A stretch of 63,954 nt of DNA, filler included, from Octopus bimaculoides (GCF_001194135.2; 7 parts of 6 records of this genome joined end to end with filler, not necessarily neighbours in it); one strand, 5' to 3'; positions 38,405 to 52,636 are shown, counted from the whole stretch's first letter. Notes: a model not told the origin generated them from the sequence alone. Translations and numbers: made by a program.

Positions 38405-39560
38405 TACTATAGTCAAATATGCGGAATTGCGATGGGAACGAAATAATGGGTAATTTTGTATTCACCATATATGAAGTGTTACTGCAAAACTACGGTGACC
38501 CATTTCACCATTATACAAGAGAGAACTGTAAAAGATATCTGGACAAGTGCTTTTATCATTCGGCGGGAGACCATTGATAAAAAGTTTGGAACTGAAATCA
38601 ATACTAGATACTAGATACTTTAAACCCTAACATTTAATTCACAATGGAATATAGCAAAATAGAGCTTCCTTTATTGGGTATTATAATTTAAAAATTCAAC
38701 AACCAAATTATAAATGACATTTAGAATAAACCAACGGACTCGAAGCAAAATCTTCTGTTTAGCTCATGTCACGTGAAACACGCCAAAAGAAATATCCCTT
38801 TTAATTAAACAAAACGGATTTACACAATGGTGTCTGATAGAAATTCTCGGGACATTTTTCTTCAAGACATCAAAACAACATTAACTGAAGGTCAATATGT
38901 AACCTCCCTTATAGACGATGAAATTAAGCGTTCTAGAAATTTAGACATTAAAACACTAAATTTAACAAAACATAACACCACATCAAATCTCAAAACACTA
39001 CTGTATATATCAATTCACAACCCTAGAAACAATGAGGCATACAACACTGTTGTACAAAATCTACTCTTCTCACTAGAGGTCCAAAACTGAACAATATTCT
39101 GAAACATAGGTTCATCAAATGCAAAAAGCAACATAAATCGCTAAAAAGACTTCTAATAAATATGAAGCTTTACACAACAATCACGAAACCAGCTGTTAAA
39201 AATGTAGACGCCCAAACTGTGGAACATGCCCCACCTTCTGGAACGCTCGGAATTCCTATTCGAACAAGGAGAGAGGTTCACAATCAAAACCAACTTCACT
39301 TGTGCTTCCGAGAATCTAATTTACGTTATAACTTGCTCAGGTTGTGGTTATCACTATATAGGACAGACAAGTAGGATACTGAGGTGGAGAACAACACTAC
39401 ATAAGGAACGATTCCGGTTCCCGCAATACAGAAAGATTCCTTTGAGTCACCACATAGAATGTTGTGCAAATAATGTCCGACCTAAATTCACTGTTTCCCC
39501 ATTTAGCCGTGCAAAGAAGCAATTTCTATACAGGAACGTTTAAATAAAGAAAATGTTTCA
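38405..39560 (+). mobile_element. Penelope-like element (Neptune-like), decayed RT C-terminus + Cys-rich GIY-YIG
   Basis: CGIAMGTK; RYLDKCF; FTMEYS..LP; KPTDSKQNLLFSSCH; CRRPNCGTCP; TCASENLIYVITCSGCGYHYIGQT..H; clade assignment is inference. Confidence 0.82.
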
Positions 39561-40008
39561 TTGAACAATACAGGACACATCTAAATATGAACATATAACC
39601 AACTTTGATCTCAGAATATATTTTAATTCATGATCACATACACATCACTGTACATATTTCGTCTCATTATTTTAGCTCCTGGTTTTTCTGTATATTTATC
39701 CCCTACCCGAAAGATGAACAATTACCTCCACTGTCCCCTATAACGATCATCAATTACCTCCCCTTAGTGTCTTCTTGTTGTTGAAGAATTTGTTCATAAA
39801 CTTCTCCATACACAACATGAACTAAAATCTTCTAAAGAAAATACGAAATTACAATAATATCAATGTCATGATTAGCGGAAGAAACAATATAAAGTACATT
39901 AAAACTATGTAAAGCTTGTGCAGTTTCCTTCTTATATTTAATATACACATGTTTTGCATTACAACTCCCTTCGTGGGGTAATCGAAATTCCTCACTTTGT
40001 GTTATTGT

Positions 40009-40066
<58 letters not shown>

Positions 40067-42056
40067 GCACACACACTTATACACACACAATTATATATAT
40101 ATATATATATATATAAGTATGAAATAAAATTGAAAGAACCTCATGTTAAATGCATCAAAATAGTCCAATATACCTGTTTGTGTATTTATTGCTGAGAGTG
40201 TAGTTAGAAGCATCTTATCTTTCCGCTGGAAATCCGGTTTTCCTAAGCTGCTTTCTCATTAGTGATATTCTACACTTAATTCTGCAGTTTTGAACGTTTT
40301 TTTCTCATTCAATGAAAGCTAAATTCCCGATATCCATACCGTAATAATGTTGTTTGCAAGACTTTTTATTTACAGTCCATGTCTGTCGAAATTTTAAGTA
40401 CACATCGTCTCAAAAATATTTATGATTGTATAACCTATATCTGCTTAAAAATGTAACTATCACCGTTTTCTTTTTGGATGCTGAGTTTCCGAAGTCCATT
40501 AATTCATATGAAACTTTTGCTTCAAGTTATGTAATTTGAATAATTGAAGTCACGTTAATGAAATCCTTCGGAACCCAACGGCTTTCCTATTATTTCATTC
40601 AATATGTTAAACATGTCCTATTTGGTGCTAGATTTCAAAGTTTGCACTAATTGCTGTTGACGGGTTCCCATACAATCAAGTTATACATATGCTACTAAAT
40701 ATTGAATACACTATGATTTCCTGTCATAAGCGTAGCATTATGTAATAACATTTATACTTATTCATTTAATACTGCATTTGTATGCATAACTTAATATATT
40801 TATCCTCATTTCTCTAAGATAGAGGTAGAACAGTACACTCAGTTGTGAACACCGTTACACTTGCAATGAATTGTTCTGTAATAAGAAGCATCAGCGTTCA
40901 GTCAAATAGCCTGATTACACCGCAAAAGCCCACCCAAGCGGATAATCCACCAGACTTGGAGTCCTGAAAAGAGAGCTATGTTTTCCATATATTCAATTGT
41001 TGACTTAGCCCTGAATCATTTAACACGGTGTTTTGTTTGGATCCGAATATCCATAGTAAACGAGGATAAATCTACTGTTTTCATATCTACATTTAGAAAA
41101 ACTACATCGTTGGAGAACGCTCATGAGTGGTTCTCAACCAGGGTTCATATTGCCTAGTAGAGTCCATATGAGATTTTATTGTGAAACTCTATGCGCAATA
41201 AATTGGTTGTACTTCTTCAATACACAAAATATTTTAATGTTTATACAATTCCTTATAATATCTTATTATAAAAACACATTAAGATTTCTTTCATGCAGTG
41301 AACGAATATGGAGTTCCAAAAGCATAGAATAGGAATCAAAGGGATCCATAAGCAAAAATATCGTCGAAAATAAAACTGCTTGAAGTGTAGATTACTGCGT
41401 AGTCCACTGCATAGACTGAGCAAGCTCTCGCGTCATTTTTTCTCCTTACGATAATCGATATATAGATGTACCGTAGCTCCTTTTTTTATTCGTCTCCAAG
41501 CACTTTTGTGTGCACCTGATATTATCGTGTGTTATAAATCTTATATATACTGTATTCTGTATAAGTTGTACACAGAAAATAAATCCTCCAATCAAAAACA
41601 TATGTTTATATCAGATTCATGTTTATCGTGGGAAGTTATATGACATATTGACATGGAAGTTTGGCCTCGGGATATTTTACATTTCGTACGTGAATGTTAT
41701 ATTTTATATAATTTCTATCTAAATGAAGATAAATATTCTGATAATTTAGCGTGGGAAAAACGATTTTTTTACAAATTAAAGGAACATTTTTGCTCTCAAA
41801 AATTATACAACCCCCAGGAATTATTGATTTTAATATACTCTTATTCTACTCCTTTATTTAGCTTCACAGATAACAGAAATATTACATAAAATGAAGTGTT
41901 ATATTTTCACTCTTTGTCAATCCTTCGTATCGTAAGATTCTAGAGTAAGTTATATGTATAGTTATATTAGCCTTTAAACGATACACACATTCGCATACTC
42001 ACATACATGTATGCGCACACGTGTCTTGGTGTATATATATATATATATATATATAT

Positions 42057-42295
42057 AGGGAGAATTCACAAAAAAAACCCCAACAGACGAAGACAGGTGG
42101 TGTTGAAAACAAGTAGATGATTTATTATAACGCTCGGGAATTGAGAAAATCTTTAACGTTTCGAGCCTACGCCCTTCTACAGAAAGGAACACGGAAAGAA
42201 ACAAGGAGAGAAACAAGGAGAGAAAAATAGGAGAGAAAAAAGGAGAGAGAAAAAAGAGAGAAACAAGGAGTGAGAAAAAAGGAGAGAATGTATGT
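42057..42295 (-). mobile_element. Short HHR-bearing element between (TA)n tracts
   Basis: HHR at 42151-42186; downstream ATTCCCGAGCGT..AATAAA resembles the element at 49652. Confidence 0.6.
42151..42186 (-). ncRNA. Minimal type I hammerhead motif (A6 mutated)
   Basis: CUUU-CUGUAGA-A-GGGC-GUAG-GCUC-GAA-ACGU-U/AAAG. Confidence 0.62.
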
Positions 42296-42299
42296 ATAA

Positions 42300-42353
<54 letters not shown>

Positions 42354-42736
42354 GTGTGTGTAGCAGGTAAATAAGTAACAAGGATGCACAGGTATCAATA
42401 CATTACGGCTGTTGATAACGTAGGAGTGGTGACGTACTTATATATAATTTAGAAGATTTTATGCAGCCTGTAGTCTTCCACCATTTAGAATAGAATACAT
42501 TGGGATTTGTCAACTGTATTCTAGTTGATAGTAATAAATCAATTAATGCCAGACAGTATCTTAGACTCTTATTTTACTGGAACCATATATCTAGCTTAAT
42601 CTACATAAAAAGGATATGTGGCAGAACTGCTAGTGAGAGAATGTCTGATGGGAAAGAAATGGTAACTAGAAGAAGGAAGGATAGGGGTAGCCAACCCTTA
42701 TTTAGATTATCAAATAAAATAGGGATGCAATGTCTT

Positions 42737-42810
<74 letters not shown>

Positions 42811-42882
42811 GATGGAAAATACAATAAAAGATAGAAAGAGACCTCGATAGTATGTAAATAGAGGAATTTTGTTATATTATTT

Positions 42883-42932
<50 letters not shown>

Positions 42933-43151
42933 GCTTTTGTTTTTTATTCTTTTACATGTTTCAGTCCTAATGCTGTAGCTATACTGGAGCACCGCCTCAT
43001 CGCCTCTATATTTGGTCTTGTGTGTTGTGTGTGTGTGTGTGTGTGCGTGTGTGTGTGTGCGTGTGTGTGTGTGTGTAATAAAATTAAAAAAATTCCCAGA
43101 ATGTCGATAAAAGAACAACTGGAAAACTCTCCCTCATGAAGCAAAATGGTG

Positions 43152-43325
43152 TTTCCTCGTCAGTTATCGTTAGAAAATAACAATTTAATAGTTTTAACGA
43201 TAATATTGTTCATTTTGCTGGCGTCGATAACATAAAGCCACTGGGAACGATGAACCACCTAAATGAACAATATTATCGTTAAATGCGTGAAATTGTTGAT
43301 TTTTGGACGATAACTGACGAGGAAA
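43152..43325. mobile_element. MITE-like fold-back element
   Basis: TTTCCTCGTCAGTTATCGT / ACGATAACTGACGAGGAAA and TTAACGATAATATTGTTCATTT / AAATGAACAATATTATCGTTAA are exact inverted pairs. Confidence 0.8.
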
Positions 43326-43419
43326 GACTATGAACCAGTCATATGTATGAAATGTCCGTTTATTCCTTTGTCTTTCTGCGCAATTTATTAATCTTATTAT
43401 TTAAGTTAACCTGACGGAT

Positions 43420-44099
43420 CTGTCGGGTTCATATATGGCCTAGCATTTTCGTGTAAGACCAACATCGCTTTACGACTGAAATGAGGGGCTTCTTTCTGCT
43501 TATGCTTGTGCAATACTTCCAATTGTAAACGATATTTCGTATTGTTTTCTCTTGGTCTAACACTTCAAGATGGGCAATACAATTTTTTTCCCACCAAACA
43601 GGCCACAACGGCTTTTGCATGTAATTTTGGTTTGGGTATGAATTTGGTAGTAACAACGACGAACAAAAAGGGTCTCTTTCTTTCAGCTGAGAGGTTGCGG
43701 TCCTATGAGAGACACATTGACCAAATTTAAACATTTTTCCAAATACATCAAGATGTTTTATGATCAAAGCATAATTTGAATTGAACTATTAAGCAAATTA
43801 TCGTTAAGTTTACTTGAGATTTTCCTCCAATCCATTGACAAAATTTGTGCAAATGGACTAGCATGTTCGTGTAAGACCAACCTCGCGTTACGAATGACAA
43901 ATGAACATCTTCTTTCTTCAGATGTTTGTGCAATACTTCCAATTGTAGACGATGCTTCGTAATGTTTTCTCTTTGTCTAACACTTCAAGATAAATGACAC
44001 ACTTCTTTTCCCACCAAACGGACCATGACGGATTTTGTATGTAGTTCTGGTAAGATTTTCCTCAAATCCATTGACAAAACTTGTGCAAATGGACAAAAC
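43420..44099 (-). mobile_element. Mariner transposase relics, two partial diverged copies
   Basis: HLDVFGKMFKFGQCVSH..CSSLL; VWWEKNCIAHLEVL..TI; LVLHENARPY (HDNARPH motif); about 190-bp direct repeats at 43439-43630 and 43858-44050. Confidence 0.7.
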
Positions 44100-46669
44100 T
44101 CGTTTGTAATTTCTCTGGGACAACAGGAAGAAAGTACCATGCAGCTAATCAGCAGCTAGATCTGAATTATTGGGAGAAACTGAAAGACTCATGTTAGGAA
44201 TAAGTTTAAAGCCACCTTAGTTCTCTTGTGTGATGATCATCAATATGAGGAATCGAACACCGGGATGAAGATATTGGTCTTGTATTTGCTGCGTAATTTT
44301 TTATCACTTATTATCCGTTAGTTCAATGACTGAGATTTTAAAATCTTCCATGATATAACCATCTTTAGAAAGTTTACAGGAATATATTATTAACAAAGTA
44401 GGGATAATTTCACGTAGTTACGCTGCATCGTCCTGGTAGCCTGCCATTTTTCATTTCATAACTGAACTGTAGTGATCATTATTAGTAACCCGGCATCGCA
44501 ATATGTCAACCTATGAATTTGAATGCATCTAATATATGTAATAAATTTTCTCAATATGACTATGCAGCATATATGTCAGACAATCTATTACCATATAAAG
44601 CAGTATCAGGGAAACGAGAGATAGGCCTCTGCGTGGTTGCCTGCTCTTCTGGAAGTAGGTGTCAAAAGTCTCTCAGAACATACGATACCTTCTTAAAAAA
44701 AAAGGATTCGATACTTTACATCCTGATACATAATTACGACAGAGAATTGGGACGTTCATGATTCGGATGCATTTCATCATAAGTCGACTTGGTATGAACA
44801 AGCACGAAGAGTTAAACAAAAGTAACACAATAAATGTAACACATAGAACGTCTCAAACAATACAAATAATACGCATACTTAACGGCAGCTGCATCCACAA
44901 ATGAACGAATTATTTTTAATTAGAAACTCAAACAAAAGCAAAAGAAAAAAAAAGAACTGAAATATATTTGAACATTTAATTATTTCATTAAAAAATATTT
45001 TCATTCCTATGTATATGAATTTTTTTAAAAGAACTTTTCTTGCTGCATCACATTACCATACTGTCGCTAATTAATGCGTCAAATTTCTATTTGCTTTGTA
45101 GATTTTCTTTCAAAATCGGGCATTTGTTTCTGCTGTTGTTTTATTTTAATCAGTTACATTGTCTACTTTATTCCGTTATTTTCCAGCTGTCTTTTCATTA
45201 TTGATGTCCATTGTGTTGTTTGTGTTTTATTTCTCTGAGAAACAGCGTTGAAAAAGTGTATAAAATTTGAAAACTAAAACATTAATTACATGTAAACCGA
45301 CGTTCATGAATGCGGGTTTAATTAACACGGCTTCCGTGTTAAATTGCTGTCGAGTTCAAGGAATTCATATTGAGAAGATTGGGCCTTCACATTATTCAAT
45401 TCCTCAACAAAGCCTGGATATGTCAAATATCAACAGTTCTTTTTAGATTAAGTTGGTGATTAATGTTATTAGAAATTTCACAATGTGATACAGTAAATCA
45501 TTTTCAGATTAAGAGGCTGTTTATTTAGATTTGGTTCCAAATCTGTGACAATTTGCACTGCTTTTCACCGAGAATATAAGTGGGTTACAATACGGGAAAA
45601 TGTGTGACTTTGTACGAAGTACTTCCAGGACAATCTACATACACGTGTGCACACACATACATACAAACACACTCACACATATAAACAAAATTACCTGTGG
45701 TGAGTTTCCTACATGCCTAAGAAAATATTTACATAAAAAAACAACAGACTGATTCTTCATTCATCTTTGATGAATGTAGGTTTGGCCCAGATAAACTGAT
45801 GTCATCATACGTTCCACATAGTCTTTAGGCTCACTGACGCTGTACCATCTTTTTCTAAAGAAACCACAACATTACTTAGCTTTTCTTCGCTACATAGTAA
45901 CTCTTTTCTCTTTCTCCATAAGCAACAATAAGTTCCTTCATATGCCTCACTCGTTCTGGACATAGCTGCTTTTCAGTATCTTCCTCTAATTCCAATAGTA
46001 CTAAGTTTTGTCGATTATGGCTGGGCAGGGATTCCTTTACAAGCAATTACGACTGTGAAGGGCCATTAAAGTCATTCATTCGTTTTGATATCTTGTAAAT
46101 AGTTCTAGCATTTGGCGATCTTTCATACAAAGACTTGATTGAAACTTTCTCCCGACCGGTCTGGTTGCCAGAACAAGATTATATTCTTTGCATTTTTTAC
46201 CATAAAACTATACACGGATTCAGGTTGACTAGACGATTTTGAGCAACGGCAGATTTTCTCTAGGTTCTACCTTTATATCCTATTTACGTAGCAAACTGCT
46301 TTTCCTTCATGCTGTGCTGAACGGGTTTTCCTCCTTCCTTCATGAACTTCATTCATGATGTTATTTTCATTCTGTTCGGAGTGCATTTTATCTTTATTTA
46401 ATAAATTCATAAATACCGTGACAGCTTTGGTATTGAAGTAAGCGCTTTGGTAAAATTTAGCATAACGTAAAAGACATAAACAAACTGACAGTTTAGGCAA
46501 AAGAACTAACTGCTTGGTCTGAATTTAAACATCAAATATGTAGCTTAATATGTAGTTCCGAAGTGTCTGTAAAATATAGAGCATTTTATAGCTGATGAAA
46601 TTATAACATAACACAAACGGCAGCGTCCAGTCGATTATTCTTTTAATATCAAGGTTAAATAATCCATTT

Positions 46670-46831
46670 CAAACAAACACCGACCCTAGTGCTCGACCGC
46701 TATTTATTTTATCGACCCCTAAAGGATGAAAGACAAAGTCGACCTCGGTGGCATTTGAACTCAGAACATTAAGCCGGAAGCAATACCGCTAAGCAAGAGG
46801 CATGGTAACGATTCCACATACTCGCCGCTTT
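46670..46831 (-). mobile_element. SINE family B
   Basis: TTTATCGACCCCTAAAGGATGAAAGACAAAGTCGACCTCGGTGGCATTTGAACTCAGAAC. Confidence 0.85.
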
Positions 46832-48998
46832 GGTGAGGTTAGATAAGAAACATGATTACTCCATACAACTAGAATTAATTTATATAAACTATGAAAGCAG
46901 TAACTCTGAGAATCTTTGTGCATACATCATTGTAATGCATTGTATGAAGCATAAACATTCCTTCCCTGGCAGTAATTTACGTAACTTTACCGACAAAAAC
47001 TAAAGAAATCTTAACTCATAGCACAATTATTTACTTTATTATCTCTTCCAACTATATCTAAAAAGACACAGCATTTTTTTACTGTAGAATCGGATATAAT
47101 ACTCTTAATGAATATATATGCCCTCAATGCTTCTGAGATATTCGTTTTTATTCATGTGTGTGTGCGTGTGCCGACACGGATGTGTGTGTACATAAACTAT
47201 ACATTTTCATCTTTTTTTTTGATAATGTTACTATGCTTTCAATTCAATTTTCTTTGTTCATCTTGCTGTTTAGCCGTAGAATTTAGGAAATGGAAAGGCT
47301 TAACAGATACGAAACATACGCTGTACTTTCAATGAGTCAAGATCCTTAGGCTGTATATCACATTTCTGCAATACATTTCCGGCGTATAATGCAGTGCTAC
47401 GTCAATCTAGTAATAGATGGAAATAGTGGTCAGCAATATAAAAGAATGCGAAAATTAATACTATGTATCATCCTCTCAAATATGCACCTTCTCCTTTCTC
47501 ATCATATCTGAATGTTCATGTAACGCCATAGGCAAGTTCATTGATGTAATTCCATCAAGAAACCATTTACGTTGATGAATAATGTAATGGAATTCATTTA
47601 ACTACGACTCCACTCTAACGACTTCAGTGTATTTGACATTCGAAATCTCCACTCAATGATTATTAATGTCAAGTTCTTCGTTTGAAATTACTCCCTTGCA
47701 AACTTTCCTTCGATCCATGTCTGTCAATACTTCACTATCTCAATCAATATTCCTCACAATTTCTCTCGAACGTAACTTTTAATCGGTAGATAACTTTCAA
47801 ACGGTGAATGAGTCTGTAACTATCTTACTCTGTTTATTTCACCATAAGTGTTTGTCTACACCTTTCTCTCCGATATTTAGTTTCTATCTGACAACCCACC
47901 ATTCACAGCCCTTGTCTATCTTTCAAGAAAAGTATCTACTTTCATTTTTTTTTTTAAACTGTCTATTGATTGTTAATTTCTCTCTACATTTCTTGCGTAG
48001 TTGATGCTACAGTATATTTCCGCTATCCGTGCAATATTTGTCCTCTTTGCATTTTTAAACATATACATATGTTCATTATTTCATATCTTTTAATGGATCT
48101 CTCATTTAAAAAAAAACACAAGCACTGCATCAAATCAGTGATGATGATGATGATGATTAGGATAATAGTTATGATAATAATACATTTGAAGAAGAAGAAG
48201 AAGAAGAAGAAGAAGAAGAAGAAGGCATACAGGAATACCAAGCATACGTTGACTTTCATATTTTAGGAACGGATTAAAATGAACAAGGTAACATGTAGTG
48301 GAATTACTTTTAGCCACATTCTCCTCAAATATTTAGTTTGGCTCTCATGCAAAATAAAAATGCGTTAATATCTTACCAACATCAACATTTTTTTACCGTT
48401 TCGAGTTTGGTAAAATAAAACACGGGTCCAGTTCTTGGCTCGGAGATATCGACTAATTTCTTTTCCTCAATTTCTTCTCCTGTAGATTATTTTGTTCTTC
48501 TATTGCTTAATCTCAAATTCGGTTCATATTTTTTTACCGAAGTTATAATTTTACAAATGTTTTCATCAAACCTCACTCTATATATAAATTAAATTCTCAT
48601 TTTGATGTATTTTACGCGTTAATTAAAAATATCTTGAGGCCATAGATATCGAGTGTAAAATAAATTTATATAAAATACGTTAAACTTTATTGCACAAGGC
48701 ACTTTCTTAACAACTACGTGGGTTAGCCATATGAAAGAGTTAAATATCTAATTGATATTAGAAAACGAACATGTTTGGCAATTGCTTGTTTCCTTCATTT
48801 TTGTGCATGGAAATTATAAAGAAGAAATTGAAACCACAGATGCATATCCACATTAGAGAATAAATACAGATAAACATCTGAAGAAGGGTCAACAAGTCTG
48901 GACAGAAAAGATCAAAGACTAAACTGGTCTCAAAACTACAAAGTTTTTCTATGTAACAGAGAAAATGGAACCATATAATTAGCTCACTATTCGATACT

Positions 48999-49038
<40 letters not shown>

Positions 49039-49138
49039 NNNNNNNNNNNNNNNNNNNNNNNNNNNNNNNNNNNNNNNNNNNNTTAATTAATTAANNNNNN
49101 NNNNNNNNNNNNNNNNNNNNNNNNNNNNNNNNNNNNNN

Positions 49139-49191
<53 letters not shown>

Positions 49192-49623
49192 ATACATACG
49201 TACGCATATGTGAGTTGTGTGTATGTGTGCTGTGTGTGCATGTGTGTGTATGCATGTGTGTATGTATGTTTTTCCTAAAACACTAACGATATAAATTGCA
49301 AAGTGTTTCTTTGTTTTTGTTTTTGTTTACCACAATTGCATCGGTTCAGTGCCGATCTGGCGCAAATCAATAAGAGCAAAAGACACAAAGTCTAAAATTG
49401 TATTACCTGTTTCTTGTTTGATTAAAATTAATGGGAATTTAAGAGGTAGAACGTATTGTAAATTTTTAAAATCTGTTTACATGACAGTCCATGGTCGTCC
49501 ATCAATGTTACTGAACTGTCAAGTGCAACGAAGTAGTACAGTAGCTGAACATGTAGACGAAATGTTTCGAATCTTGGTATCGAGTGTCAGCCATTTAAGT
49601 TAACGACAGTGGATGCAGAATAG

Positions 49624-49651
<28 letters not shown>

Positions 49652-49657
<6 letters not shown>

Positions 49658-49842
49658 AATCCCTAAAAAGAACAAATGCAAAAAACAACAACGCAAGGAC
49701 GTTGTACATGTAATGTATTAGCAGACGCCCAGGAATGGAAAGAAAGATAGTTTAATGTTTCGAGCAGACGCGCTTCTTCGGAAACAGAGGAAAGTCCAGT
49801 AGAAGGGGAGACGGTGGAAGAAAATTGCCAACGATTCACATG
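49652..49842 (-). mobile_element. Short HHR-bearing element at (TA)n, running into a gap
   Basis: HHR at 49750-49785; terminus TAGTAAATC. Confidence 0.6.
49750..49785 (-). ncRNA. Minimal type I hammerhead motif (U4 and helix III mutated)
   Basis: GUUU-CCGAAGA-A-GCGC-GUCU-GCUC-GAA-ACAU-U/AAAC. Confidence 0.58.
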
Positions 49843-50786
49843 NNNNNNNNNNNNNNNNNNNNNNNNNNNNNNNNNNNNNNNNNNNNNNNNNNNNNNNNNN
49901 NNNNNNNNNNNNNNNNNNNNNNNNNNNNNNNNNNNNNNNNNNNNNNNNNNNNNNNNNNNNNNNNNNNNNNNNNNNNNNNNNNNNNNNNNNNNNNNNNNNN
50001 NNNNNNNNNNNNNNNNNNNNNNNNNNNNNNNNNNNNNNNNNNNNNNNNNNNNNNNNNNNNNNNNNNNNNNNNNNNNNNNNNNNNNNNNNNNNNNNNNNNN
50101 NNNNNNNNNNNNNNNNNNNNNNNNNNNNNNNNNNNNNNNNNNNNNNNNNNNNNNNNNNNNNNNNNNNNNNNNNNNNNNNNNNNNNNNNNNNNNNNNNNNN
50201 NNNNNNNNNNNNNNNNNNNNNNNNNNNNNNNNNNNNNNNNNNNNNNNNNNNNNNNNNNNNNNNNNNNNNNNNNNNNNNNNNNNNNNNNNNNNNNNNNNNN
50301 NNNNNNNNNNNNNNNNNNNNNNNNNNNNNNNNNNNNNNNNNNNNNNNNNNNNNNNNNNNNNNNNNNNNNNNNNNNNNNNNNNNNNNNNNNNNNNNNNNNT
50401 ATATATATATACATATAATCGAATGTGCACTGAAATGTCCTGGCTTGTGGTAAAAGAAAATACAGGAGGATCAATTTATTATGATTTCATTCTCCTCTCT
50501 GATTCACACACTTATTGCAGTGGTCCTTCAGTTTTTCTAAGCCCTGTAAAAGAACTCGGAATGTTGGGCTTCCAACCTGGCCTTTTACAATACCCTTAAA
50601 ACCAGGAACTTTTCAATATTCCCTCTTAAATCTTGCTGGAAATCAATATATTTTCTTTTGTCATTTTTGAGAGGATAAAATAGATATCGACGTTGTATTA
50701 GAATAAATTTAATGAAGAGTATTCCCTTCTGTGTAAATGTATGTTTTTTGCTTTCAAATAAGAAATCATTTTTATTGGAGTATTGA

Positions 50787-51005
50787 AGGCGGCGAGCTGG
50801 CAGAATCGTTAGCACGCCGGAAAAAATGCTTAGCGGTATTTCGTTCATCTTTATATTCTGAGTTCAAATTCGACCGAAGCTGACTTTATCTTTCAACCTT
50901 TCGGTATCGAAAAAATAAGTATCACTTGAGCACTGAGACTGGATACAATAGACCTAACCCCTTCCCCCGAATTTCTGGCCATATATCAAAATTTGAAATC
51001 AATAT
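50787..51005 (+). mobile_element. SINE family B, full length
   Basis: AGGCGGCGAGCTGGCAGAATCGTTAGCACGCCGG..GAGTTCAAATTC. Confidence 0.88.
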
Positions 51006-52537
51006 TATAAGAGCATTTAGATAATCAAACAGGAACTAAAGATAATATCGGATTATTCGAATCGAACTAGAATATTTCTCCTTCATTTAGGAAGTTAGCT
51101 ACTCTTGAGAAATCCTCCACAATATTTGATCTCATCTCTTAAAAATATGCACTTATTATAAAGAAATCAGTTTGGAGCCTTTAGTTTTCATAAGTAAAGG
51201 CCTTGAAGTTTGAATAAAATATTTTAAATTCAAAACATTTCTGAAGTCGGAGATCTATTTTAAATTCAAAATAGATCTCTGACTTCAGAAATGTATCCCG
51301 GCCTTTAAAACACTGTACGTGACAATATACTTTGTTTTTTCTGTCACCCAAAAAATCAATTAACAAATAAAACATTGCCGCAAGACTGAGGACTCAGTAT
51401 AGCAGATACCACTTTTTCCAGCCTAAACTCAGATGGAAATTTGAAGTTAACACGGCGATTTAACGAGTAGCTTTTGAATTTTGTTGCACCGGTACATCTT
51501 CCCGAATATAATGAATTGAACACAATTTCTTATTCCAGAGTACAGTTAAGATTTCAACAACACAGGACGTTCATTCGTCTCAGTATCCGCCGTGACCGTC
51601 GTTCTTCTTCCCACGTCATAAATCAAAATTGTCATCAACTTAAGACTGTCAATATTACCTTATGCTTGTAAATACTACCTTATATCTGTCAAATTTATAA
51701 TGCTTTCTGGGATTAGAACTACCGTGTATTTGCATGTGTCGACTTTATCAGAATTCCGATAAGGCTATAAGCGTGTATGTCAGAATAGATATTTCAGAAT
51801 AGATTTATCAGTTAAAAAATAATTGTATGCCAAGTTACATTAAAGGCAATACCAGCTGATCATCGTTATATATATATATATATATATATATNNNNNNNNN
51901 NNNNNNNNNNNNNNNNNNNNNNNNNNNNNNNNNNNNNNNNNNNNNNNNNNNNNNNNNNNNNNNNNNNNNNNNNNNNNNNNNNNNNNNNNNNNNNNNNNNN
52001 NNNNNNNNNNNNNNNNNNNNNNNNNNNNNNNNNNNNNNNNNNNNNNNNNNNNNNNNNNNNNNNNNNNNNNNNNNNNNNNNNNNNNNNNNNNNNNNNNNNN
52101 NNNNNNNNNNNNNNNNNNNNNNNNNNNNNNNNNNNNNNNNNNNNNNNNNNNNNNNNNNNNNNNNNNNNNNNNNNNNNNNNNNNNNNNNNNNNNNNNNNNN
52201 NNNNNNNNNNNNNNNNNNNNNNNNNNNNNNNNNNNNNNNNNNNNNNNNNNNNNNNNNNNNNNNNNNNNNNNNNNNNNNNNNNNNNNNNNNNNNNNNNNNN
52301 NNNNNNNNNNNNNNNNNNNNNNNNNNNNNNNNNNNNNNNNNNNNNNNNNNNNNNNNNNNNNNNNNNNNNNNNNNNNNNNNNNNNNNNNNNNNNNNNNNNN
52401 NNNNNNNNNNNNNNNNNNNNNNNNNNNNNNNNNNNTTTATATTTGAATGTACGTATAAAAACGTATATACATATACTATAAATATATACACATATATATT
52501 TATGTATGTATGTAAATATATATATATATAGACATGT

Positions 52538-52636
<99 letters not shown>

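Noticed and set aside
39941-39980. Minus-strand hammerhead-like remnant (ACAUGU palindrome)
   Set aside because: Both core halves are degenerate, position 17 would be G, and no helix I is visible.
43313-43325. CTGACGAGGAAA in the MITE terminus
   Set aside because: No room for helix II; it is simply part of the inverted repeat.
48876-48915. CTGAAGA..GAAA
   Set aside because: No helix I or helix II pairing.
49555-49600. Minus-strand CUGACAC..GAAACAUU
   Set aside because: G8/A9 lost and helices rely on wobble pairs; compatible with chance.
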